Positions 47,779 to 58,978 of a DNA stretch of 64,000 nt are shown here, one piece after another. Both the position numbers and the translations under genes were made by a program. The first letter of the stretch is position 1. The number at the start of each line of letters is the position of its first letter. Under the pieces are notes generated by a model. The model was not told where the DNA came from, did no database searches, and saw only the letters and a program-made list of their open reading frames with translations. Source of the DNA: an uncultured Verrucomicrobiae bacterium (GTDB lineage: Bacteria > Verrucomicrobiota > Verrucomicrobiia > Limisphaerales > JAFGQR01); the NCBI GenBank assembly GCA_963788655.1, contig CAWBHS010000088.1, positions 192,001 to 256,000 on the forward strand, read 5' to 3'.

Positions 47779-48952
47779 ATGGGGTTCATTTCGATTGCGA
47801 TCGGCGGAGCGATTGACTCGCTCCGGTCGAGTTTCGGCGACCAGTTGCTTGACTTCCTTGTCCCGCCCAGCGGAATCTCGGACACGGCCGTGGTGTTCCC
47901 CGCCATTACGCAGCGCACCAACGCCGGGCGCGGCCAGAACACCCGCGCATCCGAGAACATCATCACGAACGGCTCCGTCGTCGTGGTGCCCGAGGGCTAC
48001 GGCCTCCTGACCTTCCAGGACGGCGCCGTCACGGCCGTCATCGGCGAGCCCGGCGCGTACAAGCTGGGACAGCGAGGACCAGAACTCCAAGTCGGTCTTC
48101 TCCGGCGGCGGCATCTTCAGCTCGACGTTCAAGACCTCGTGGGAGCGCTTCAAGTTCGGCGGCCAGCCCGGGCACGCAGCAGCTCGCGTTCTACGTGAAC
48201 CTCAAGGAGATCCCGAACAACAAGTTCGGCACCCAGAGCGCGATCTACTGGGACGACTCCTACATCAACGCCCAGGCGGGCGCCCTGACGCGCGGAACCT
48301 ACGTGCTCAAGGTGGTCGACCCGATCCTGTTCGTCAAGACCCTCGTCCCCGCGACGTACATCTCCGCGAACGCGCCTCAGTTCGACATCACCGAGACGAC
48401 CAACCCCGTCTCGGAGCAGCTCTTCAACGAGGTGGTCGGCTCGCTCGCAGGCGCCTTCTCGCGCTACGTCAACGACTCCGACAAGGAGCACCGGATCACC
48501 AAGATCCAGGGCGACTCCGTCGGCTTCGCCCAGTCGCTCTCGAGCGAGGTGGAGAAGAACTACCAGTGGACCTCGGGCCGCGGCCTCACCATCACCCAGG
48601 CCACGATCATCGCGATCGAATACGACGAGGACACCGAGGCGCTCCTGTCCGACGTCAGGAAGGCCGACGCGCTGAGCGGCGGCCGCGCGGACACGTTCCT
48701 CAAGCAGTCGGTGGCGCGCGGCGTCGAGGCTGCGGGAGAAAGCGGCGGAGGGGGCACCGGCCTCGCCATGATGGGCATGGGCATGGGCGCCATCGGCAGT
48801 CTCAGTCCCGCCGACGCCCGGCGGGAGGCGCGGGTTCCACGGCTCCTGCCGACCCGGCCGAGCAGCTCGCCCAGTACAAGAAGATGCTCGACGACGGCCT
48901 CATCACCCAGGACGACTACGACGGCCTCAAGAAGAAGATCCTCGGGCTCTAG
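47779..48952 (+). CDS. SPFH-domain (YdjI-like) protein with C-terminal SHOCT, frameshifted
   Basis: SENIITNGSVVVVPEG, NLKEIPNNKFGT, KMLDDGLITQDDYDGLKKKILGL. Confidence 0.85.
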
Positions 48953-48961
48953 GTAACGGGC

Positions 48962-50221
48962 ATGACCGCCGACAACGCCGCTGAGGGCGCCGCGACGCCG
49001 GAGCCACCCCCGGCAGAGACGCAAGCCGCGACCTTGCCGCTGCAACCAGACGAACCCGACGTCAAGGTCCTCGCGACCCCCGAGGGTGCTGGCGACGGCG
49101 TCGTCCGTTGCCCGAAGTGCGGCGCGAGCGAGACTCAGCTCGCCAAGAACGGCATGTTCGTGTGCTGCGTTCTGCCGTCACGAGTGGTCGGAGAAGACGC
49201 TCGACGAGGCGATGGGGCTGAGCGACGGCATCGCGGAACTCACGGGCACCACGATCTCGACCGCGGCGGCCGACATCTCCGACGACGGCGCGCTCGTCAC
49301 GCTCAAGTGCTCGGGGTGCGGCGCGGAGGTGGTGATCGACACCGATCACAACCTTCAGGCGCGGTGTCACTGGTGCAAGCACGACCTGTCGCTGAACAAC
49401 AAGATCCCCAACGGCGCGGTCCCCGACGGGATCCTCCCCTTCTACATCACGCGCGAGCAGGCGATGGCGTCCATCGCGGCGTTCGTGCAGGAGCGTAAGT
49501 CCTTCGCGCTTCCCGCGTTCAGCGCCGATTTCCGGCTGGAGAACGTCATGGGGGTCTACCTGCCGTACATGACGGTTGACGGCAACGTCTCCGCGCGGCT
49601 CGACGGCGTCGGCGAGGTTCTCACGGGCACGCGGCGCGTGAACAAGACCACCGAGTACAAGGCGAACGTCTACTCCGTGGTGCGCACGCTGGACCTCACG
49701 GTGGACGACGTCGTCGTGGAAACCGCGTCGGACAAGGTGAACATCAAGTCCGCGATCAGCACCAACAACATCATCAACGCGATCCTGCCGTTCGACGTGA
49801 AGAACATCGTGCGGTTCAACGCGAACTTCCTGGGCGACACCGTACACGTCGGAACGCCGCGACATGGACGTCGACGCAGGCCGAGCTCTACGCGTCGAAC
49901 CACTTCATGACCATCAGCAGGGGGGCCGTCCAGGAATCGATCGCGGGCTATACCCGCGGAGTCCGCTGGGATGCCGAGCAGATCCACGTCAAGGGCAGCC
50001 GGTGGACGTCGGTACTCCTGCCCGTGTGGCTCTACGGCTATGTCGAGAACCGCAAGGGCGTTGCCATCTCGCACTACATCGCGGTGAACGGCCGGACCGG
50101 CGCGACCATGGGCAGCGTCCCGATCAACCACGGCAAGGCCGCGCTCGTCGCGTGGGGGGTCGCCATCGCCATCTCGGTGGTCACCTGGCCGCTGGGCTTC
50201 ATGGCATTGTTGGCGTCCTAG
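48962..50221 (+). CDS. Multi Zn-ribbon membrane protein (YdjG-like), frameshifted
   Basis: CPKCGA, CSGCGA, CHWC, PDGILPF, GVYLPY, LLPVWLY, VNGRTG. Confidence 0.85.
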
Positions 50222-50275
50222 CATGGCCGCCGTCACGTACCGCGCGCGCGCGTCGCGCACGTTGAGGAGGTTCTC

Positions 50276-50548
50276 GTGAGCAGCTCGGGCGACTCCGGCG
50301 GCGTTATCGCCGTGCTCTTCGCCGTCGGTCCCGCCACGGGATTCGTCGTCTACCAGAGCATCCAGGCCAAGTACCGCAACGCGAAGGCGCGCTACATGCC
50401 GGAGCGCGTCGTGAAGTTCGACGCGACCAACCTTCAGTCCGACGACGCGTACACACGCTCGATCGTCAGCCGCTCGCGGAACGTGACGGGGCGCAACGAC
50501 AACACGCCGGCCGTACGAGCTAAATACACCAACACCACCAAGGACTGA
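50276..50548 (+). CDS. Small membrane protein of the SPFH/Zn-ribbon operon
   Basis: RBS GAGGAGG; TM followed by KYRN motif. Confidence 0.7.
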   Translation: MSSSGDSGGVIAVLFAVGPATGFVVYQSIQAKYRNAKARYMPERVVKFDATNLQSDDAYTRSIVSRSRNVTGRNDNTPAVRAKYTNTTKD

Positions 50549-50759
50549 CGCCGCGCGAGCGTGGTGGCGCTGTGCCCGGGTGCCCCAGGCCGCGCCGTCC
50601 GTCTCCGTCTCGAAACAATGCCAGCGTTCAGACGTTGTAGTAAGTAGAGACGATTCGGGACGAGTGGCGCGTGGCACGGTGGGTTGCGATCCCCGAGTCC
50701 ACCGCGACACACCCGAATGAAACACCCGCCGCCAGCGCCGCTGGCAGGAAGGAGCACCC

Positions 50760-51800
50760 ATGAAACGCATCAAACCAACCGTCGCCGTTGTCACAGGAGG
50801 CTCGGCGGGACTCGGACGCGCCGTGGTGCGCGAACTGGCCCAGCGGGGGTGGGACGTGGCCGTGATCGCCCGCAACGAGGACGGACTCGCGGGCGCCGTC
50901 GCGGATGTCGAGGGGCGCGGGCGGCGGGGATTCTCCGTGACCGCCGACGTCGCGGACGCCGACGCCGTCGACGCCGCCGCCTCCGCGATAGAGAAGGAAC
51001 TGGGTCCTATCGACCTGTGGGTCAACAACGCCATGACGGGGGTCTTCGGCGAGTTCCTCGACGTCGACCCTCAGGACTTCGTGAGGGCAACCGAGGTGAA
51101 CTACTTGGGGTTCGTCAACGGGACGCGTGCGGCGCTCCGTCGCATGGTCCCGCGTAACCGCGGCCAGGTGATTCAAGTGGGATCGGCTCTCGCTCACCGC
51201 GGCATCCCTCTTCAGTCCGCGTACTGCGGCTCCAAGCACGCCATTAAGGGATTTACGGAGTCGGTGGTGACAGAACTCGCGCACCATTCGAGTAAGGTGC
51301 GCGTGTCCGAGGTGGATATGCCCGCCCTGAATACCATCCAGTTCTCCTGGGTCAAGAGCCATCTTCCCGGGCACCCGCAACCGGTGAAGCCCATTTTTCA
51401 GCCCGAGGTCGGAGCCCGGGCCGTCGCCGACGTGGCAACGCGCCCGCGGAAGCGCACCTGGGTGGCGGTATCGACCGTCGGGACGATTCTCGGCAATCGC
51501 GTCTCGAGCCGCCTACTCGACTGGTACCTCGCGCGCACGGGGTACGGCGGTCAGCAATCCCAGGACATCACGGCGCCAATGTTGGGCGACAACCTCTACC
51601 GACCCGTCCCCGGGGACCACGGAGCGCACGGCGTCTTCGATGACGTCGCCCACGGCGTCTCCCCACAGATGTGGGCGCACCATCGGCGTAGGTTCGTCTA
51701 CGTCGTCGTCGCGGCGACCGCGGCAGCGGCCGCCGTAGCGGCGGGTGGGCGCCAGGTCGGACGCTCGTCCTCGCGGCTTCTCGCCCGGGCCCGGTCCTAG
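50760..51800 (+). CDS. SDR oxidoreductase
   Basis: [18 protein letters not shown]. Confidence 0.92.
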   Translation: MKRIKPTVAVVTGGSAGLGRAVVRELAQRGWDVAVIARNEDGLAGAVADVEGRGRRGFSVTADVADADAVDAAASAIEKELGPIDLWVNNAMTGVFGEFLDVDPQDFVRATEVNYLGFVNGTRAALRRMVPRNRGQVIQVGSALAHRGIPLQSAYCGSKHAIKGFTESVVTELAHHSSKVRVSEVDMPALNTIQFSWVKSHLPGHPQPVKPIFQPEVGARAVADVATRPRKRTWVAVSTVGTILGNRVSSRLLDWYLARTGYGGQQSQDITAPMLGDNLYRPVPGDHGAHGVFDDVAHGVSPQMWAHHRRRFVYVVVAATAAAAAVAAGGRQVGRSSSRLLARARS

Positions 51801-53152
51801 ATCTCCGGAACCCCCGCGAGCGACTCGGCGAGCGCGGACTCGCTGAGCGCGTCGTCCGCCAGCTTGCCCGCGAGGAACTGTTCGTAGGCGCCGAGCTCGA
51901 GCAGGCCGTGGCCCGAGAGCCCGATGACGATCACCTTCTCCTCGCCCGACTCCTTGGCCTCCAGCGCCTCGCGGCGGGCCTGAGCCAGGGCGTGCGACGA
52001 CTCGGGGGCAGCGACGATGCCCTGCGTGCGAGCGAACTCGATGCCCGCCTCGAAGCACTCCAGCTGGTGAAGCGCCACGGCGTCGACCAAACCCTCGTGG
52101 ATGGTGTGAGACAGGAGCGGCGCCATGCCGTGGTACCGGAGCCCGCCCGCGTGAATGGAGGAGGGCACGAAGTCGTGTCCCAGCGTGTACATCTTCATGA
52201 GCGGCGTCAGTCCGGCGGTGTCTCCGAAGTCGTAGCGGTACTCGCCGCGCGTGATGGTGGGGCACGACGTCGGCTCGACCGCGAGCAGACGGGTCTTCGT
52301 GCCCTTCGTCAGGTTCTCCCGCAGGAACGGGAAGATGAGGCCAGCGAAGTTCGAGCCGCCGCCCACACACCCGACCACGACGTCGGGCGCACCCTCGCCC
52401 GCCTTGGCGAGCTGGAGGAGCGCCTCCTGGCCGATGACGGTCTGGTGAAGGAGCACGTGGTTGAGCACGGAGCCCAGCGCGTACTTGGCCTCGGGGTCCT
52501 TGGCCGCCACCTCGACGGCCTCGGAGATCGCGATGCCGAGCGAGCCGGGGTGGCCCTCCGCGAACGCGCGACCGGCATCGGTCATCTGCGACGGCGAGCG
52601 GAACACCTTGCCGCCGAACACCTCGATGAGGGTGCGGCGCTGCGGCTTGCCGTCGTAGCTGACGCCCACCTGCCACACCTCACACTCGGCGCCGAACAGG
52701 GAGCACGCGTACGCGAGGGCGGTTCCCCACTGGCCTGCGCCCGTCTCGGTGGTGATGCGCGTGGTGCCGTTGATGGTGTTGTAGTACACCTGCGGGACCG
52801 CGGTGTTGGTCTTGTGGGATCCCGCAGGGGAGACGCCTTCGTACTTGACGTAGATGCGCGCGGGGGTGCCGAGCAACTTCTCCCAGCGCCGCGCGCGGTA
52901 CAGCGGCGACGGGCGGTACTGGCGATAGACCTCAAGCACCGGCTCGGGGATCGGGATATACCGCTCCTGCGAGACCTCCTGCATGATCAGTTCCATCGGG
53001 AACAGGGCCGAGAGGTCCTCCGGGCCGATGGGCCCGTGGGTGCCGGGGTGCAGCGGCGGCGGAGGCGGCGTCGGCAGGTCGGCGACGATGTTGTACCAGC
53101 TGGTAATTTCCTCGTCGGGGTTCAACGTGTACATGACCTGGTCGTCGCTCAT
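51797..53152 (-). CDS. trpB2: TrpB2-type tryptophan synthase beta / PLP enzyme
   Basis: [47 protein letters not shown]. Confidence 0.93.
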   Translation of the reverse strand: MSDDQVMYTLNPDEEITSWYNIVADLPTPPPPPLHPGTHGPIGPEDLSALFPMELIMQEVSQERYIPIPEPVLEVYRQYRPSPLYRARRWEKLLGTPARIYVKYEGVSPAGSHKTNTAVPQVYYNTINGTTRITTETGAGQWGTALAYACSLFGAECEVWQVGVSYDGKPQRRTLIEVFGGKVFRSPSQMTDAGRAFAEGHPGSLGIAISEAVEVAAKDPEAKYALGSVLNHVLLHQTVIGQEALLQLAKAGEGAPDVVVGCVGGGSNFAGLIFPFLRENLTKGTKTRLLAVEPTSCPTITRGEYRYDFGDTAGLTPLMKMYTLGHDFVPSSIHAGGLRYHGMAPLLSHTIHEGLVDAVALHQLECFEAGIEFARTQGIVAAPESSHALAQARREALEAKESGEEKVIVIGLSGHGLLELGAYEQFLAGKLADDALSESALAESLAGVPEI

Positions 53153-53541
53153 CGCTGCTCCTTTGCTGCGGTTGTAGCCCCCGGCGGCAACCCGGTGAGC
53201 CGTGATCGGAGCGTATCGGGCGCGGATGGCGCGGGCAAGTTGGCGGAGCCCCAGGCGGGCCGGTCTAGCGGGTGGCGACGATGGCCAAGACCGCAAGCGG
53301 TAAGACCATGAACGTGGACGCATAGGAGATGGTGAGGCCTAGACAGTTCTTCGCGTCGGAGCGGGCGACGACGGACTGCGTGGTTCCGTTTGCCGCGATG
53401 AGTCGGTCGCCCGCCGTATCGCGCGCCTGACGCGGATCGCTAACCCCAGTTGCGCGACGCTGGTCGGCGTGGTGTCGGGTAGATGTCCCCAGGTCGCGTC
53501 TCGGCGCCCCAGTCCACGAATTCGGGTATTTGGGATATTCG

Positions 53542-53563
53542 TGTCAGACCCTCCTGTTTGACT
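53542..53563 (+). promoter_or_regulatory. PafBC/RecA-NDp-like promoter, leaderless
   Basis: TGTCAGAC-N8-TTGACT, 6 nt before the ATG; same geometry as 36096. Confidence 0.5.
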
Positions 53564-53569
53564 GGTGTC

Positions 53570-54943
53570 ATGACGTTCAGCACCGGTTTGTTCAACACCC
53601 AGGCGTTGCGCCAGGCCGCCGCGGCCGTGTGCGCGCGTGAGGGTGTGGACGTGGCCGGGCTCCCAGCTTCCGCACTGCTGGAGCTGTCGAGTCAGGTGGC
53701 TCAGGTGCGCCGGGATGCGGATGTGTTGATGGCCGAGGTTGCTGCCGAGATTCACCGACGCTCCGAGTCGGACGACGCTGGGGCCGGGCTTGCGGCTAGG
53801 CAGGGCTTTCGCTCCGCTGGGGAGCTGGTGGCGCGCACGACGGGTGGGAGCGTCGCGGAGGCACGCAGGCTTGTCGTGGCGGGTGGATTGTTGGCGGAGG
53901 CGCCCGTTTCCGCCGAGGGTGCCGCGGGCACGCCGGGAGCGACCCCGCTTGCCGAGTTTCGACGCGACCTTGCCTCAGCGGTCCGCGCGGGGCGCGTGAG
54001 TGTGGAGGTCGCGGCGCTGATGTCGGACGCGCTCACCGGGCTTCCCGATGTTGAGCGAACCCGTGACCTGTTTGCGAGGGCGTTGGCGAAAGCGCCCGGG
54101 CTCCCGCTGCACCAGGTCCGCAAACTCGCATGGCAGGCGCAAGCGTTCGCGGACCCGGGGTTATGGGCGGAACGCGAGGAACGTCAACACGAAGCCCGCA
54201 CCGCGACCCTGCGCGATGACGCGGACGGCATGGTCACCCTCACGGCCCGGCTCACCCCACTGGCCGCTGCCCCGGTGCGGGCCGTGTTGGATGCGGGCGT
54301 GCGGTTCGCCATGCAGCAACGCCGCGACGACCCGGAGTCGGACACACGAACCGCGTGGCAGATGCGTGCCGACATCCTCAGCGACCTGTGCCGCCACGCT
54401 TTGGACTGCACGCAGGCCACGAGCGGTGTGAAAACCACGGTTGTCGTGCGCATGACCCGGGCAGAGCTGGAATCCGGGGCGGGCATGTGCGAGATCGACG
54501 GTACGGCTCAACCCGTGAGCGCGGGAGCATTACGCCAAGCCGCCGCGGACGCGGAAATTGTGCCCGCCGTGCTCGGTGGTGGGTCAGAAGTGCTCGACTG
54601 GGGCCGATCGAGACGCCTGTTTACCCCCGCGCAACGCCTCGCATTAGTGGAACGCGACGGCGGATGCGCGTGGTGCAACGCCCCACCGTCCTGGTGCGAA
54701 GCCCACCACATTCGCTGGTGGGACCGAGATGCCGGCCCCACCGACCTGAACAACGGGGTACTCCTGTGCACGCGATGTCACCATCGGTTGCATCGCGACG
54801 GCTGGGACATCAAAGTGGGGGACGGCGCGGCGCGCGACGGGGTGGCACACGGTCAGGTGGTGCACTTCATCCCGCCACGCTCGATCGACCCCACCCGCAC
54901 ACCCCGGCTCGGCGGACGCCAACGCTACGACCTCGCCGCCTAG
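53570..54943 (+). CDS. DUF222 + HNH endonuclease, second copy
   Basis: Close paralog of 36125..37435; RDGGCAWC...CEAHH...NGVLLCTRCHHRLH. Confidence 0.9.
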   Translation: MTFSTGLFNTQALRQAAAAVCAREGVDVAGLPASALLELSSQVAQVRRDADVLMAEVAAEIHRRSESDDAGAGLAARQGFRSAGELVARTTGGSVAEARRLVVAGGLLAEAPVSAEGAAGTPGATPLAEFRRDLASAVRAGRVSVEVAALMSDALTGLPDVERTRDLFARALAKAPGLPLHQVRKLAWQAQAFADPGLWAEREERQHEARTATLRDDADGMVTLTARLTPLAAAPVRAVLDAGVRFAMQQRRDDPESDTRTAWQMRADILSDLCRHALDCTQATSGVKTTVVVRMTRAELESGAGMCEIDGTAQPVSAGALRQAAADAEIVPAVLGGGSEVLDWGRSRRLFTPAQRLALVERDGGCAWCNAPPSWCEAHHIRWWDRDAGPTDLNNGVLLCTRCHHRLHRDGWDIKVGDGAARDGVAHGQVVHFIPPRSIDPTRTPRLGGRQRYDLAA

Positions 54944-54966
54944 ACGCCGGCCGAAACACCCGTTGC

Positions 54967-55680
54967 CTAGGCCTTCGTCGCGACGTACACCGTGTTGGTG
55001 GATTCGCCGCCCTGAATCGGGTTGGGGAAACTGACCACCTCGGCGGCGACGTCGACGAAAACCTCCGCGAGCACGTCGAGGTACGCCTGTTCGGGAGGAT
55101 CGTTCGACCACAGCGCGTAGACGCCACCCTCGGCGAGGTGCGCGGCGAGACGGCGCGTTCCCTCCACCCCATAGAAACCCGCGCTGCCGTCGGCGAGAAG
55201 ATGCTGGGGCGAGTGGTCGATGTCGAGCACCACGGCGTCGAACGGGCGGTTGGGCTGCTGGGGATCGAATCCCGCGCCGTCGGACATCGCGAAGAAGTCG
55301 CCCTGCACCAGGCGGCATCGCTCGTCCGACGTGAGGGTCGGACCCACGGGGACGAGCCCCTGGCGGTGCCAGCTGATGACCGGAGCGAGAAGCTCCACCA
55401 CCACGAGCTCGCGCACGCGCGCGTCGGCGAGCACTCGCATCGCCGTGTACCCGAGGCCGAGCCCCCCGACGGCGATATCGAGATCCGTTCCGGGCAGGCG
55501 TTCAAGCGCTATCCGGGCGAGCTCGATCTCCGCCGCAGTGAAGGCGCTAGACATCAAGAACTCGTCGCCGAGCTTAACCTCGTACAGGTCGTGACCGGTC
55601 GCGGGGTCCTTGCGCCGACGCAGACTCACCTCGCCGATGGGGGTGCGGCTGAAGTCGAGTTCCTCGAACTTGGCGCTCAT
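54967..55680 (-). CDS. Spermidine-synthase-like SAM-dependent methyltransferase
   Basis: EFLMSS, VGGLGLGYT, FDAVVLDIDHSP. Confidence 0.85.
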   Translation of the reverse strand: MSAKFEELDFSRTPIGEVSLRRRKDPATGHDLYEVKLGDEFLMSSAFTAAEIELARIALERLPGTDLDIAVGGLGLGYTAMRVLADARVRELVVVELLAPVISWHRQGLVPVGPTLTSDERCRLVQGDFFAMSDGAGFDPQQPNRPFDAVVLDIDHSPQHLLADGSAGFYGVEGTRRLAAHLAEGGVYALWSNDPPEQAYLDVLAEVFVDVAAEVVSFPNPIQGGESTNTVYVATKA

Positions 55681-55827
55681 TCGACCCCCTGGCGCGTGGA
55701 CTGACGCGCTGGGCCCACCCTAGTACGGGCGCGCATTCGACCGTCCCGCGAGTCCGCACAACCTTCTGCCTGCCGATTCCGTTCATCTAGTGGGACGATC
55801 AGGTGGGCGCCAGAAGGGGGTCTCGCG

Positions 55828-56382
55828 ATGGCAGCGTGGCGAAGTCTCCTTGAAGACCTCGTCCGCGAGCGCAGGCCGGCCCTGATCGGGTATGCCACGC
55901 TCCTTGCGGGCGACCGCAGCCAAGCGGAGGACCTCGTCCACGATGCGATCGTCCGGACCTTTGCGCGACCGCGTTCGTTTCCGAGCCTCAACGCCGCGGA
56001 CGCCTACGTTCGCCGCGCGATTGCGAATGCCTTCATCGACCGGATGCGCTCGCGACGGAGCTGGCTACGCGCGGCGCGTCGGGTCGTCGCGGACGAGGTC
56101 GCGCCTGACGACGACGCCGCAGGCAGGCTCGACGTTCGCGCGGCGTTAGGCGGGCTCCCCGCGCGCCAACGCACGTGCGTCGTCATGCGGTTCTACGACG
56201 ATCTACGGGTCACCGACATCGCCGCCGCCCTCGGGGTGAGCGAGGGTGCCGTGAAGCGGTACCTCAGCGACGGCATTCATCATCTCAACGCCACGCTCGG
56301 TACGAACGCGGACCCCGACGACGCTGGACCGACGGCTCTCGACGTCACGGTGACGGCGACGAGGACGAGGAGCAAACGATGA
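55828..56382 (+). CDS. ECF RNA polymerase sigma factor (SigE-like)
   Basis: AEDLVHDA, AYVRRAIAN, LPARQRTCVVMRFYDDL...GVSEGAVKR. Confidence 0.92.
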   Translation: MAAWRSLLEDLVRERRPALIGYATLLAGDRSQAEDLVHDAIVRTFARPRSFPSLNAADAYVRRAIANAFIDRMRSRRSWLRAARRVVADEVAPDDDAAGRLDVRAALGGLPARQRTCVVMRFYDDLRVTDIAAALGVSEGAVKRYLSDGIHHLNATLGTNADPDDAGPTALDVTVTATRTRSKR

Positions 56383-57164
56383 ACGACGACCTGAGGTCGA
56401 TACTCCGTGACGCCGTCGATCGGGAGGCGTCTATAGCCGCCACGGAATTCCCCTACTCGGAGGCGGTGGTCGACGGTCTCGCGATCCACGTGCGCCGCCG
56501 CAAGGTTGCGCGCGGCGCTCTACTGGCCGTCGCGATTCTTCCGATCCTGGGCGCCGCGGTGTTCGCCGTCGACTACGGGTGGCGGACGGCGCTCCTTCAA
56601 CCCGGCGCTGGGACAACGGTCAGCACGTCGCAGACGCTCGAACCCTCGGCCTCGCCTACCGAGACCCCCATGCGAAGCCCGTCGCCGACCGCGTCCGTCT
56701 CGGCATCACCTTCCGCTCCGGCCACGACGACGACGACGGCGGCGACGACAACGACAACAACAACGACCACAACGACCACGACGACGACGGCCTCGCCGAC
56801 TACGCCCCCCGTCGCCGTCTCGAGCCTCAAGGCCTCGCCGGGCGGCGGCTCGGGGGAGATCGTGCTCCGGTGGGGCGTCTCGCCGGGCGCGACGGGATAC
56901 CACGTGTATCGCGCCTCCGCGCCGGGAGATCCCATGAAGCTCGCGGTCACCTACACGGTCGCGACGGCAAAGACGACGGTCAACTGGCCGGGAACGTATG
57001 AGTCCTTTCAGGTCTGGATGCCCGCGGCGGATGAGGTCGAGTACGTCGAAGCGGTAGACGGCCTCCCGGGATACTTCGTCGTCGCGGCGTTCAACGACGC
57101 GGGCGAGGGGCCGCGCCAGGGGACGGTATGCGCCGTACCCCTCGGCTCATCGGGGACCTGCTAG
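56379..57164 (+). CDS. Putative anti-sigma membrane protein with Thr-rich linker and FN3-like domain
   Basis: ATGA overlap with the sigma gene; VRRRK+TM; LRW...ATGYHVYR...VAAFNDAGEG. Confidence 0.7.
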   Translation: MNDDLRSILRDAVDREASIAATEFPYSEAVVDGLAIHVRRRKVARGALLAVAILPILGAAVFAVDYGWRTALLQPGAGTTVSTSQTLEPSASPTETPMRSPSPTASVSASPSAPATTTTTAATTTTTTTTTTTTTTTASPTTPPVAVSSLKASPGGGSGEIVLRWGVSPGATGYHVYRASAPGDPMKLAVTYTVATAKTTVNWPGTYESFQVWMPAADEVEYVEAVDGLPGYFVVAAFNDAGEGPRQGTVCAVPLGSSGTC

Positions 57165-58156
57165 CGCCGGTCCCGCGCCGCCAGACTATTCAGGAGTGCG
57201 GCACCCGTCGCGGCGTCGTCCACCGTGACGACGAACACACGCTCGCCCGTACGGTGAACCTGAAGTCCCTCGCCCTTGCGGACGATCACGCCGATCCGGC
57301 CACCCTTGCCGCCGCGGATACCGAAGCCCCCGAACTCGGCGATCGGTCGTACGGTCACGGCCTCGGCGGACTCGACCTCGTTGAGCGGAACGCGGATGCG
57401 CGGGCGTCCGATGAGGGGCCGCACGGTCAGGCCAGTGGCGTCGACGGTCACGGTCCAGTGAAGGAACATCACGAGAAGGAAGCCGAAGGCGACCCCCATA
57501 AGCGCCGCAACCGCCCACTCGCGCGTCAGCACGCCCGTCAGCGCCGCGAGGAGAACGACCGCCGCGATCGCCGATCCGTAGGCGCGCGCCGTGACGTCCC
57601 GGATCCACGTCGCGTGCTCTCCTGGACGGAGGGCGAGACGAGGCGCCGACGGAGACAGGGGGGCGGTCGTGGGCAGGGGAGGATCCGCTGGGCTAAGAAC
57701 GGCCGCGACGATCGCGCCCGCCGTCGCCGCAGCGAAGACCAGGGTCATCGGCCCGGTGATGGAGCCCGCGTCGTGCGCGTCGGCGATACCCCGCTGGAGG
57801 CTAAGGATCGACAGGTTGATTCCGGAGAACAGCGTCGCCATCCAGACCGCCATGCCCGCGACGAATCGCCGCATGATGGTTTGGTAACCCGCGAAGAATC
57901 CGATCGCCCACAGGAGAATCGCGGATCCGGCGGCCGCCGCTTCCGGCCATAACACATTCGGGGTGAAGGAGCCGAAGCCGTTCGGGCCATTCGATCCCCA
58001 GTGAATCGCGATGGGGTCCGGAAGGCTTGCTCGCCACGCGAACGCGAACGCGAGCGCCATGGCGATGATCGCGCCGGGCGCCGCCAGCGTGAGCACCGTC
58101 GTGCGCCCGCGAAATGGGACGGTCCGGGTGGCGGTCGGGGTGAGTGTGGGAGTCAC
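57161..58156 (-). CDS. DUF1648-domain membrane protein
   Basis: LPDPIAIHWG..GPNGF; EFGGFGIR; FVVTVDDA. Confidence 0.85.
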   Translation of the reverse strand: MTPTLTPTATRTVPFRGRTTVLTLAAPGAIIAMALAFAFAWRASLPDPIAIHWGSNGPNGFGSFTPNVLWPEAAAAGSAILLWAIGFFAGYQTIMRRFVAGMAVWMATLFSGINLSILSLQRGIADAHDAGSITGPMTLVFAAATAGAIVAAVLSPADPPLPTTAPLSPSAPRLALRPGEHATWIRDVTARAYGSAIAAVVLLAALTGVLTREWAVAALMGVAFGFLLVMFLHWTVTVDATGLTVRPLIGRPRIRVPLNEVESAEAVTVRPIAEFGGFGIRGGKGGRIGVIVRKGEGLQVHRTGERVFVVTVDDAATGAALLNSLAARDRR

Positions 58157-58503
58157 TGCAATGCCTCCTTGACTAGGGCAAGCGTGGTGGTGGGGGAGAC
58201 GCCGAGCTCGTGCGCGACCGCGATGGTGGCGTCGATGGACTCGCGCAGGCGGCGGACGTCGCGCGATGCGTCGGTCATCACGGCCCCGCGGCCGCGACGG
58301 AGTTCCAGGAGCCCCTCGTCACGGACGTCCTGGTACGCCTTGAGGACCGTGTGGACGTTGACGCCGAGCGATTCGGCGAGTTCGCGCGCCGCAGGAAGGC
58401 GGGTTCCCGGCGCGAGTTCTCCGCGAGCAGCGGCCGAACGGATCTGGCCGGCCAACTGCGCGGCGAGGCTTTCGGAGGCCGAAGGGTCGAGTCGGAAGAG
58501 CAT
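58153..58503 (-). CDS. GntR (YtrA-type) regulator
   Basis: GTRLPAARELAESLGVNVHTVLKAY...RRGRGAV. Confidence 0.92.
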   Translation of the reverse strand: MLFRLDPSASESLAAQLAGQIRSAAARGELAPGTRLPAARELAESLGVNVHTVLKAYQDVRDEGLLELRRGRGAVMTDASRDVRRLRESIDATIAVAHELGVSPTTTLALVKEALQ

Positions 58504-58517
58504 GACTCCATAATACA

Positions 58518-58538
58518 TGTTCTATGAGAACTAGAACA
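58518..58538. promoter_or_regulatory. YtrA-type operator palindrome
   Basis: TGTTCTA-N7-TAGAACA immediately upstream of the leaderless GntR gene. Confidence 0.7.
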
Positions 58539-58587
58539 AGTCCGACGCCTCGGTTACGGCCGGACGCCCAGCGCCAGGAGCGTCCTC

Positions 58588-58935
58588 CTACCCGAAGTTG
58601 TTGACCTCGAGGTAGTGAAAGAACCCATACACCAGAGCGAATGCCACGGCGTTCACGAGTATCGAGGCGATCCCAAGGACGAGCGTCGTGATCGCCAGCG
58701 TTCGACTGGAACGCATTCCTCGGCGAATGTCCGCCAGGACCCATAGCGCCAGGAGGATGGTGGCCACCGGCATCGCTATTGAGACGATGGGGAACACCAG
58801 CGGCAGACACATGCTGATCCCAGCGATGATGAGCCCGACGACGGCCTTCCAGTTCGACGACGGCACCACGGGTTTACCTGACGGGTACACGGCCGAGTTG
58901 GGAACCGGCGGGGGTAGAGCGCCGAGGTCGGGCAT
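58588..58935 (-). CDS. Small membrane protein (DUF4190-like)
   Basis: Pro-rich start, NWKAVVGL, ALWVLADIRRG...LAITTLVLG. Confidence 0.6.
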   Translation of the reverse strand: MPDLGALPPPVPNSAVYPSGKPVVPSSNWKAVVGLIIAGISMCLPLVFPIVSIAMPVATILLALWVLADIRRGMRSSRTLAITTLVLGIASILVNAVAFALVYGFFHYLEVNNFG

Positions 58936-58978
58936 ACGCGTGATCCTCTTCCTTTGGGGAACGACGAGTAGCGAAGGA

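Noticed and set aside
43400..55704. Long alternative-frame ORFs (e.g. 43400..44929, 51908..53311, 54355..55704)
   Set aside because: Arg/Pro-rich shadow ORFs expected in high-GC DNA, overlapping well-supported genes.
56720..56790. ACG/ACA trinucleotide tract (also near 40640)
   Set aside because: Encodes ordinary poly-Thr linkers of exported proteins.
58518..58538. TGTTC...GAACA as a LexA box
   Set aside because: Spacing is wrong, it lies in the other organism's segment, and it fits a YtrA/GntR operator.
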